A stretch of DNA of 64,000 bases, from the NCBI GenBank assembly GCA_002269645.1, contig NIVC01000652.1, forward strand, positions 315,295-379,294. Direction: 5' to 3'. The notes beneath the pieces were generated by a model. That model was not told the DNA's origin. It saw only the letters and a list, made by a program, of their open reading frames with translations, and searched no databases. This document shows positions 36,866 to 47,002 of this stretch, piece by piece. The translations under genes and the position numbers were made by a program. How positions within the stretch are numbered: position 1 is the stretch's first letter; each line of letters opens with the position of its first letter. Source of the DNA: Macrostomum lignano (Eukaryota).

Positions 36866-39800
36866 ATGTCTCAGCAGCCGCCGCAGATCAGCCAGCAGGC
36901 TGTGCTGATGCAGTCCGGCCAGCTGCCAGAAGACGTGGACACGCCGGTCAAGGGTCACGACTTCAATGCGCCTGACGGGCTGTCACTGGAAGCACTGATG
37001 AAATCATTTGCCACCACAGGCTTTCAGGTAAGTCTTCATGTTTACCTTTTCTGCTTATTTACCCTGTAGGTGCTGCAGTTCAGTAGTTAGATGCTGCAGA
37101 TCAGTAGTTAGATGCTGCAGATCAATAGTTAGATGCTGCAGTTCAGTAGTTAGATGCTGCAGATCAGTAGTTAGATGCTGCAGTTCAGTAGTTAGATGCT
37201 CCAGATCAGTAGTTAGATGCTGCAGTTCAGTAGTTAGATGCTGCAGATCAGTAGTTAGATGCTGCAGATCAGTAGTTAGATGCTGCAGATCTGTAAGAAC
37301 TGTAGATCAATTAGATTCGATAAAACAGTATAGAAGGAAACTTTAGATAGATCGTCAGTTGGATACTGTAGAAGATAAAGTAGATCAGCATTTAGATGCT
37401 GTATATATCTTCAGTTGCATATTGTAGATAGATCGGCAGTTAGATACCGTAGATCGGCAGTTAGATACAGTAGATCGGCAGTTAGATACTGTAGATCGGC
37501 AGTTAGATACTGTAGATAGATCGGCAGTTAGATACTGTAGATTGGCAGTTAGATACTGTAGATAGATCGGCAGTTAGATACTGTAGATTGGCAGTTAGAT
37601 ACTGTAAATAGATCGGCAGGTAGATACTGTAGATCGGCAGGTAGATACTGTAGATCGGCAGTTAGATACTGTAGATCGGCAGTTAGATACTGTAGATTGG
37701 CAGTTAGATACTGTAAATAGATCGGCAGGTAGATACTGTAGATCGGCAGGTAGATACTGTAGATCGGCAGTTAGATACTGTAGATCGGCAGTTAGATACT
37801 GTAGATAGATCGGCAGTTAGATACCGTAGATCGGCAGGTAGATACTGTAGATCGGCAGTTAGATACTGTAGATAGATCGGCAGTTAGATACTGTAAATAG
37901 ATCGGCAGGTAGATACTGTAGATCAGCAGGTAGATACTGTAGATCGGCAGGTAGATACTGTAGATCGGCAGTTAGATACTGTAGATAGATCGGCAGTTAG
38001 ATACCGTAGATCGGCAGGTAGATACTGTAGATCGGCAGGTAGATACTGTAGATCGGCAGTTAGATACTGTAGTTTGGCAGTTAGATACTGTAAATAGATC
38101 GGCAGGTAGATACTGTAGATCAGCAGGTAGATACTGTAGATCGGCAGGTAGATACTGTAGATCGGCAGGTAGATACTGTAGATAGATCGGCAGTTAGATA
38201 CTGTAGAGTGGCAGTTAGATACTGTAGATAGATCGGCAGTTAGATACTGTAGATAGATCGGCAGTTAGATACTGTAGATTGGCAGTTAGATACTGTAAAT
38301 AGATCGGCAGGTAGATACTGTAGATCGGCAGGTAGATACGGTTGATTCACCCCGCAGGGCACCAACCTGTCGCTGGCCATAGACGAAATCAACCGAATGC
38401 TCGACTGCAAGTTCGCCAAGCCGGAGGAAGCCGCGGGTGCCGCAACCGCCAATGGAGACTTGGAGGTGTCCAACCCGAATCCATACGGCCGGGCCCGCAC
38501 GAACTGCACCATATTCTTGGCCTTCACGTCCAACATGATCTCCAGCGGCGTGCGCGAGTCAATTCGCTACCTGGTCGAGCACAACCTGGTTGACGTGCTC
38601 GTCACCACCGGCGGCGCCGTGGAGGAGGACCTCATCAAGTGCATGCACCCAACCTACATCGGCGACTTCCATCGCTGGCCGGGCGCGCAGCTGCGTCAGG
38701 CCGGCATCAACCGGATCGGCAACCTGCTGGTGCCGAACAAGAACTACTGCGCGTTCGAGTCGTGGCTGGTGCCCATCCTTGACGCCATGCTGGCTGAGCA
38801 GAATGAGCAGAAAATCAACTGGACTCCATCTAAGCTCATTCACCGCCTAGGCAGGTGGGGCTCTTCTTAACTGAGACTTGCGTGCGTTCCTGTCCTGAGT
38901 CCTCCATGCATTCCTGTCCTGAGTCCTTATGCATTCCTGTCCTGAGTCCTCCATGCATTCCTGTCCTGAGTCCGTTATGCATTCCTGTCCTGAGTCCGTT
39001 ATGCATTCCTGTCCTGAGTCCGTTATGCATTCCTGTCCTGAGTCCTTTATGCATTCCTGTCCTGAGTCCTCCATGCATTCCTGTCCTGAGTCCTCCATGC
39101 ATTCCTGTCCTGAGTCCGTTATGCATTCCTGTCCTGAGTCCGTTATGCATTCCTGTCCTGAGTCCGTTATGCATTCCTGTCCTGAGTCCTTTATGCATTC
39201 CTGTCCTGAGTCCTTTATGCATTCCTGTCCTGAGTCCTCCATGCATTCCTGTCCTGAGTCCTTCATGCATTCCTGTCCTGAGTCCTTTATGCATTCCTGT
39301 CCTGAGTCCTCCATGCATTCCTGTCCTGAGTCCTTCATGCATTCCTGTCCTGAGTCCTCCATGCATTCCTGTCCTGGGTCCTTTATGCATTCCTGTCCTG
39401 AGTCCTTTATGCATTCCTGTCCTGAGTCCTCCATGCATTCCTGTCCTGAGTCCGTTATGCATTCCTGTCCTGAGTCCGTTATGCATTCCTGTCCTGAGTC
39501 CGTTATGCATTCCTGTCCTGAGTCCTTTATGCATTCCTGTCCTGAGTCCTTTATGCATTCCTGTCCTGAGTCCGTTATGCATTCCTGTCCTGAGTCCTTT
39601 ATGCATTCCTGTCCTGAGTCCTTTATGCATTCCTGTCCTGAGTCCTCCATACATTCCTGTCCTGAGTCCTTTATGCATTCCTGTCCTGAGTCCTTTATGC
39701 ATTCCTGTCCTGAGTCCTCCATGCATTCCTGTCCTGAGTCCGTTATGCATTCCTGTCCTGAGTCCTTTATGCATTCCTGTCCTGAGTCCTCCATGCATTC

Positions 39801-41277
39801 CTGTCCTGAGTCCTCCATGCATTCCTGTCCTGAGTCCGTTATGCATTCCTGTCCTGAGTCCTTTATGTATTCCTGTCCTGAGTCCTTTATGCATTCCTGT
39901 GCTGAGTCCTTTATGCATTCCTGTCCTCTGATCTCTATTTATTTCTACCCCATGCGTGAGAATATTGATTGTCTCATGGGTGAGACTTTTGAGTGTGGGT
40001 GAGAATATTGTGTCTTATGGGTGAGCCTATTGATTGTCTCATGGGTGAGACTTTTGAGTGTGGGTGAGAATATTGTGTCTTATGGGTGAGCCTATTGATT
40101 GTCTCATGGGTGAGACTATTGAGTGGCTCATGGGTCAGACTATTGAGTGTCTCATGGGTGAGACTATTGATTGTCTTATGGGTGAGACTATTGAGTGTCT
40201 CATGGGTGAGACTAGTGAGCGACTCATGGGTGAGACTATTGAGTGTCTCATGGGTGAGACTTTTGAGTGTGGGTGAGAATATTGTGTCTTATGGGTGAGA
40301 CTATTGATTGTCTTATGGGTGAGACTATTGAGTGGCTCATGGGTCAGACTATTGAGTGTCTCATGGGTGAGACTATTGATTGTCTTATGGATGAGACTAT
40401 TGAGTGTCTCATGGGTGAGACTAATGAGTGACTCATGGGTGAGACTAATGAGTGACTCATGGGTGAGACTATTGAGTGACTCATGGGTGAGACTATTGAG
40501 TGACTCATGGGTGAGACTATTGAGTGACTCATGGGTGAGACTATTGAGTGACTCATGGGTGAGACTATTGAGTGACTCATGGGTGAGACTATTGAGTGAC
40601 TCATGGGTGAGACTATTAATTGACTCATGGGTGAGACTATTGAGTGTCTCATGGGTGAGACTAATGAGTGACTCATGGGTGAGACTAATGAGTGACTCAT
40701 GGGTGAGACTATTGAGTGACTCATGGGTGAGACTATTAATTGACTCATGGTGATTAGTGCTATCGAACTACTGTTTAAGTAGCCAAAACGCAAAATGTCA
40801 ATATATTCTTCCAGAGAGATCAACAACCCCGAGTCGGTGCTCTACTGGTGCCACCGAAACGGCATCCCTGTGTTCTGCCCTTCCATCACAGACGGCGCGT
40901 GCGGTGACGTGCTGTACTTTCACAGCTACCGCTGTCCCGGCCTCGTCCTGGACGCCATCGAGGACATCCGGCTGGTGAACAGCCAGGCGGTGTTCGCCCG
41001 CAACACCGGCATGATAGTTCTGGGCGGCGGGGTCGTGAAGCACCACACCTGCAATGCCAACCTCATGCGCAACGGGGCCAACTTTGCCGTGTTCGTCAAC
41101 ACCGGCCAGGAGTTCGATGGCAGCGACTCCGGCGCCAGGCCCGACGAGGCCGTCAGCTGGGGCAAAATCCGGCTGGACGCGCGGCCTGTGAAGGTCTACT
41201 CGGACGCCACGCTGGCCTTCCCGCTCATCGTGGCGCAGACCTTCGCTAAGCGGCTGGCTGGCAGGGCAGACAAATGA
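36866..41277 (+). CDS. DHPS: Deoxyhypusine synthase, 373 aa, 3 exons
   Basis: Exons 36866-37027, 38358-38854 and 40815-41277 (1122 nt, in frame). Motifs TTGFQ|[37 protein letters not shown]|[38 protein letters not shown] (catalytic Lys). Confidence 0.97.
37071..38340. repeat. 21/25-bp minisatellites in DHPS intron 1
   Basis: GATGCTGCAGATCAGTAGTTA-type units grading into GTAGATCGGCAGTTAGATACT-type units. Confidence 0.93.
38888..39927. repeat. 24-bp minisatellite in DHPS intron 2 (5' part)
   Basis: Unit ATGCATTCCTGTCCTGAGTCCTTT/CTCC/CGTT. Confidence 0.95.
39950..40752. repeat. 24-bp hairpin-unit minisatellite in DHPS intron 2 (3' part)
   Basis: Unit GGTGAGACTATTGAGTGTCTCATG. Confidence 0.95.
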
Positions 41278-41440
41278 CCTCTTAGAACTGCTCACTGACC
41301 TGGCTTTCATGTAGCTGGCCTTCTGGCTGGGTCGCTGCACAGTGCCGAGTGACCTTTGTTTATATCGGAGAGATTTGCGCGAAGCATTTTGCAACTTCAG
41401 AGGCTTGATGTGTCAGTCATTCAGTATCCCAAAACCTCGA

Positions 41441-42030
41441 TGATGGGATATTGAATAGGGATTGATACCTGGATGATGGGTATTGAATAGGGATTGATAC
41501 CTGGATGATGGGATCTGTAATTAGGGATTTAACACCTGGATGATGGGATCTGTAATTAGGGATTTAACACCTGGATGATGGGATCTGTAATTAGGGATAT
41601 AACACCTGAATGATGGGATCTGTAATTAGGGATTTAAGACCTGGATGATGGGATCTGTAATTAGGGATTTAACACCTGGATGATGGGATCTGTAATTAGG
41701 GATATAACACCTGGATGATGGGATCTGTAATTAGGGATTTAACACCTGGATGATGGGATATTCAATTAGGGATTAAGACCTGGAGTATAGGATATTTAAT
41801 TAAGGTGTTTAACACCTGGATTATGAGATCTGTAATTACTGATTTAGCACCCATATGATAGGATAGTCAACTAGGGATTAACACCTGGACTATGGGATAT
41901 TCAATTAGAGATTTAGACCTGGACCATTTTTAGTATATGGATGATGGGATATTCCATTAGGGATTAACACCTGGATAATGGGATCTCGATATATGGATTA
42001 AAGAACTGGATGATGTTATCTCTAATTAGG
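41441..42030. repeat. About 35-bp degenerate minisatellite between DHPS and SNAP29
   Basis: Unit ACACCTGGATGATGGGATCTGTAATTAGGGATTTA, decaying towards the 3' end. Confidence 0.9.
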
Positions 42031-42097
42031 AAGTTAAGTTTAGACATTGTTAAAATTTTGGCATTCCGATCCAATTGAAGAAAAAGAAAAGTGCTTC

Positions 42098-42182
42098 CTG
42101 CTCAGAGGGCCGAGCATCTCGGCTGCAACGCCTCCGACTCCCGTGTAAAGGTTACCCGGGTTCGAGTCCGCACACGGCCTTA
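42098..42182 (+). mobile_element. Possible tRNA-derived SINE head (Pol III A/B boxes)
   Basis: B-box GGTTCGAGTCC at 42159-42169, preceded by A-box-like TGCTCAGAGGGCCGAGC. No convincing cloverleaf. Confidence 0.35.
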
Positions 42183-42832
42183 TTAAGTTGGCGTTCGTTC
42201 TCTTGGAAATAAGTAGTCGGCAGGGGGCGCTGTACACTCTGTGTGAGCTTGAGCCTGTGTAGATGCCCGTGTGGGGCACGCCTGCCTCCTGGCTGTCTCA
42301 TGGGCAAGCCGAGGCTCCCACGGTCACGCGTATCCGCGAGTCAGTGCTTTGATTGCAGAAAACTCCTGTTATGCGCCAGCTACAGGCGAGAGCCTTGGCG
42401 TGCATTTCCACCCTGTTTGACCCCCTTTGTCTCCTTAGCAAGTTTTGTTTTATTTAAATTGCAATCGCAGCAGCTTCTGGGCTTCTCGTAATTAAAGCTT
42501 CATCAAGTCAGTTTGGAGTCTGACTAATATTGAGATGATTCATATTTTTGAAAGCTGCGTAGACTTATTAGAATTTTTTATATGGGGTTGTTAGTCATGC
42601 AGGGTAGGGAAAGGCTTAGTCACTGAGCACGTCTGTGCTATTATTAGAATCAGAATAGACCAGTATTTCGTATAGAGGTTGTTTGCAGAGATATTCTGGA
42701 GACAGAGGGCAATGTACACTAGCGGGGGCTACCGCAGTTCTGGTGTGAGCCTACTTTTAAAGCAGAGATATTTGCTGGCAGAGCCCCCATAGTTTTCTCT
42801 CCTGCCGCCATTTGCAGCGACAAGCTGTAGGA

Positions 42833-45800
42833 ATGTCTGACAGCAGAAACCCGTTCTACACAGAGGATAAAAATCCCTTTAGTCTTGGCGGCGGCGGCGG
42901 CCGGAACCCGTTCGAGACTGGGCAGGACCGGCAGGCTGGCAGCTTCGGCTCCTACAATCCTGGCGGCGGCTACGGCTATGAAGGCCGGTCGACTGTGCAG
43001 CAGCAGGTGCAGGTGAGCGGCTGCTGTCACCGCGGAGGATGGGGTGGGGGGAGTCTGGGGCAGATGGGGTGGAGGGAGTCTGGGGCAGATGGGTGGAGGG
43101 AGTCTGGGGCAGATGGGGTGGAGGGAGTCTGGGGCAGATGGGGTAGAGGGAGACTGGGGCAGATGGGGTGAAGGGAGACTGGGCAGATGGGGTGGAGGGA
43201 GACTGGGGCAGATGGGGTGGAGGGAGACTGGGGCAGATGGGGTGGAGGGAGACTGGGGCAGATGGGGTGGAGGGAGACTGGGGCAGATGGGGTGGAGGGA
43301 GTCTGGGGCAGATGGGGTGGAGGGAGTCTGGGGCAGATGGGGTGGAGGGAGACTGGGGCAGATGGGGTGAAGGGAGACTGGGCAGATGGGGTGGAGGGAG
43401 ACTGGGGCAGATGGGGTGAAGGGAGACTGGGCAGATGGGGTGGAGGGAGACTGGGGCAGATGGGGTGGAGGGAGACTGGGGCAGATGGGGTGGAGGGAGA
43501 CTGGGGCAGATGGGGTGGAGGGAGTCTGGGGCAGATAGGGTGGAGGGAGTCTGGGGCAGATGGGGTGGAGGGAGTCTGGGGCAGATGGGGCGGAGGGAGT
43601 CTGGAAGTAGATAAGACTAGGAGAGGGACAGGCAAGGGACAAAAATAAGAGTTGAGACGAGTTTTAAATCGACAGAGAATAAGACGACCGGAGCGAAGGG
43701 AGGAAAAGACTGGGGGAGGCTTCTGTGATTGGGGAATGTATCAGTATGGGAGACTAGGAGAAGTTAAACACTGCAGACTCAAATTACATGTGCTTGTGCA
43801 CCTTTGATGCCGGCTTGCAGGCCTCGCAGAGCCGGCAGCTGGAGACGCAACGGCGGGCTCTTCAGTCAATGTACAGCAGCGAGAGCATGGGCGTGGACAC
43901 CGCCCAAGAGCTGGTCAGGCAGGGCGAGGTGCTGAACCGAACAGAGGAGAAGCTGGACCACATCGAGGCCGTCCAGAAGGAATCGCAGGGCCACATCAAT
44001 AGCCTGAGCTCGATGTTCGGCGGCGTCAAGAACTGGTTCCGCGGCGACTCGGCCAAGAAGCGCCAGCAGCCAGCGCAGCAGTACGAGCCCGCCGGCGCCA
44101 GCCTGGACAAGGCCATGGCCGTCAGCTCCACCGCCGAGGCCAGGAGAGTCGCTGCCCAGGTGAATTTTGGGGACTTTGAGATTTTGGGTTTCCTGTGTCT
44201 CTAATTGAAATTTATTAGTGTCCCAGGTGAGATTTGGGTTTCTGGCGAGACTGCTGAGTGTCTATGGGGGTGAGAATGCTGAGTGTCCCTGTGGTGAGAC
44301 TGCTGAGTGTCTATGGGGGTGAGAATGCTGAGTGTCCCTGTGGTGAGACTGCTGAGTGTCTCAATGGTGAGACTGCTGAGTGTCTCAATGGGGAGACTGC
44401 TGAGTGTCTCAATGGGGAGACTGCTGAGTGTCTCAATGGGGAGACTGCTGAGTGTCTCAATGGTGAGACTGCTGAGTGTCTCAATGGGGAGACTGCCGAG
44501 TGTCTCAATGGTGAGACTGCTGAGTGTCTCAATGGGGAGACTGCTGAGTGTCTCAATGGTGAGACTGCTGAGTGTCTCAATGGGGAGACTGCCGAGTGTC
44601 TCAATGGTGAGACTGCTGAGTGTCTCAATGGGGAGACTGCTGAGTGTCTCAATGATAAGACTGCTGAGTGTCTCAATGGGGAGACTGCTGAGTGTCTCAA
44701 TGGGGAGACTGCTGAGTGTCTCAATGGGGAGACTGCTGAGTGTCTCAATGGGGAGACTGCTGAGTGTCTCAATGGGGAGACTGCTGAGTGTCTCAATGGG
44801 GAGACTGCTGAGTGTCTCAATGGTGAGACTGCTGAGTGTCTCAATGGGGAGACTGCTGAGTGTCTCAATGATAAGACTGCTGAGTGTCTCATTGGGGAGA
44901 CTGCTGAGTGTCTCAATGGGAGACTGCTGAGTGTCTCAATGATAAGACTGCTGAGTGTCTCAATGGGGAGACTGCCGAGTGTCTCAATGGTGAGACTGCT
45001 GAGTGTCTCAATGGTGAGACTGCTGAGTGTCTCAATGGGGAGACTGCTGAGTGTCTCAATGGTGAGACTGCTGAGTGTCTCAATGGGGAGACTGCTGAGT
45101 GTCTCAATGGGGAGACTGCTGAGTGTCTCAATGATAAGACTGCTGAGTGTCTCAATGGGGAGACTGCGAGTGTCTCAATGGGAGACTGCTGAGTGTCTCA
45201 ATGGTGAGACTGCTGAGTGTCTCAATGGGGAGACTGCTGAGTGTCTCAATGATAAGACTGCTGAGTGTCTCAATGGGGAGACTGCCGACTGTCTCAATGG
45301 GGAGACTGCTGAGTGTCTCAATGGGGAGACTGCTGAGTGTCTCAATGGGGAGACTGCTGAGTGTCTCAATGGGGAGACTGCTGAGTGTCTCAATGGGGAG
45401 ACTGCCGACTGTCTCAATGGGGAGACTGCTGAGTGTCTCAATGGGGAGACTGCCGAGTGTCTCAATGGGGAGACTGCTGAGTGTCTCAATGGTGAGACTG
45501 CTGAGTGTCTCAATGGGGAGACTGCTGAGAGTCTCAATGGTGAGACTGCTGAGTGTCTCAATGATAAGACTGCTGAGTGTCTCAATGGGGAGACTGCCGA
45601 GTGTCTCAATGGGGAGACTGCTGAGTGTCTCAATGATAAGACTGCTGAGTGTCTCAATGGGGAGACTGCCGACTGTCTCAATGGTGAGAATGCTGAGTGT
45701 CTCCAGTCTCACAGCAGCTGTTCCATTCCACGTTCGCCGCCAGGAGCCCGCGGCATCCTTTGGCGCCGCAGCCACGGGGGCCGCCGGCTACCAGCAGCAG

Positions 45801-46049
45801 CAGCAGCGGCAGCAGCCGCAGACCTCCTACGACAGGGCGTTCAGCGAAAACCTGGGCGAGATGGAGCATGGCATGGGCCGGCTGAAGCAGCTGGCCATGG
45901 GGCTGGGCGGCGAGATCGACAGGCAGAACTCGCAGCTGGAGCGAATGTCGGTGAAGACAGACAAGACGAACGCCAAGATGGACGAGCAGAACACGCAGAT
46001 GAACCGCATTCTCTATGGCAGCAAGGCGCCGCCGGCGGCTAAGAAGTGA
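42833..46049 (+). CDS. SNAP29: Qbc-SNARE SNAP29, about 274 aa, 3 exons
   Basis: Exons 42833-43012, 43821-44159 and 45744-46049 (all phase 0). N-terminal NPF motifs, Qb SNARE motif (AQELVRQGEVLNRTEEKLDHI) and Qc SNARE motif (LKQLAMGLGGEIDRQNSQLERM). No palmitoylated Cys cluster, unlike SNAP25/23. Confidence 0.9.
43036..43604. repeat. G-rich about 25-bp minisatellite in SNAP29 intron 1
   Basis: Unit GGGGCAGATGGGGTGGAGGGAGTCT / ...GAGACT. Confidence 0.95.
44245..45706. repeat. 24-bp hairpin-unit minisatellite in SNAP29 intron 2
   Basis: Unit GG(T/G)GAGACTGCTGAGTGTCTCAAT, about 60 copies. Confidence 0.95.
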
Positions 46050-47002
46050 GCCCGGCCCGATGCTGCCCGAGAATTCCCGCACGAGTATGACGCAATTCCT
46101 TGTCGCTGTGTCTTATTAGCAGTCGCGGGTATAAGCTGTGCAGGCAACTCTGACCTGTGTGCCCCAAACCTGCTTACTCAGAACTTGCGTTCGATTATTG
46201 ATTTTTTGGATTGGATTGGATTCTCTCTATAAAAAACAAATTAATCAAATTCTGCCTGCTCTCTTCACTTTATTTCTTTCATGTAAAAGTAATTTATGAT
46301 TACATATGCGTCTGTATTTAAAAAGCTAAACTTCACATTAGTTGATTGAATAGATGATTTATATGCTTACTCGGGACTCGTGTTGAATGGTTTTTTACCT
46401 CACTAACACTCCAGACGTCAATGGGATGCTTTCACCCGGATATCTTAAATTAATAAAACTCCGGAACCGAAATATCATTTCTGATTCAAATTATTTGAAA
46501 GACCAAGCAAAATTGGCATTGAAACCGTCTCAATTGAGCCTCCTGATACACGGCTTTTGCATTTATCCAGTTAGCCAGAAGGCAACGAGGGAGAGAGATA
46601 AGAAGAACGAGACTGAACTGGCCAGACCACAGATAATAGAATTAGATGGGCCACTCAGCACATTTGCGTGTAATCTACTTTCAGTTCAGTAGTAAGTTAA
46701 ACAAGCATTTTGATGTATTTTAAAGCCAAGGCTCAATTTATTGGCTCTTACCCACCAGCTTCAACCTTCCAACCGCGCCTTTCCACACCACACTACCCCT
46801 CGCCCGCCCCCCCCACCAATTTTATTTCCGTTCTCGGAATTCCAGCCTAAAGCTGCCATGTACATTCCAGTGGCCCATGTACATTATGGGTGAACCAATT
46901 AGCAAGTTGTTTACGTCTTCTGTGGGCTTCTAAACTTATCAGTCATTTTAAACTGCCTTTTTATAAAATTTTTATAAAGTGTCTATATTATTCTTTGCTA
47001 CT

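Noticed and set aside
42098-42182. tRNA gene
   Set aside because: Only the T-loop/B-box is canonical; I could not fold an acceptor stem or anticodon arm, so it is kept only as a possible SINE head.
23472-45775. Many long ORFs with periodic translations (SYPISATV, CLSV, ETAECLNG, MHSCPES, DSGQEC etc.)
   Set aside because: They are translations of intronic or intergenic mini- and microsatellites; the real exons splice around them in frame.
17237-46049. Functional link between ZDHHC17 (palmitoylates SNAP25) and the neighbouring SNAP29
   Set aside because: This SNAP29 lacks the linker Cys cluster, and the other genes are functionally unrelated; co-location is better explained as a generic housekeeping cluster.
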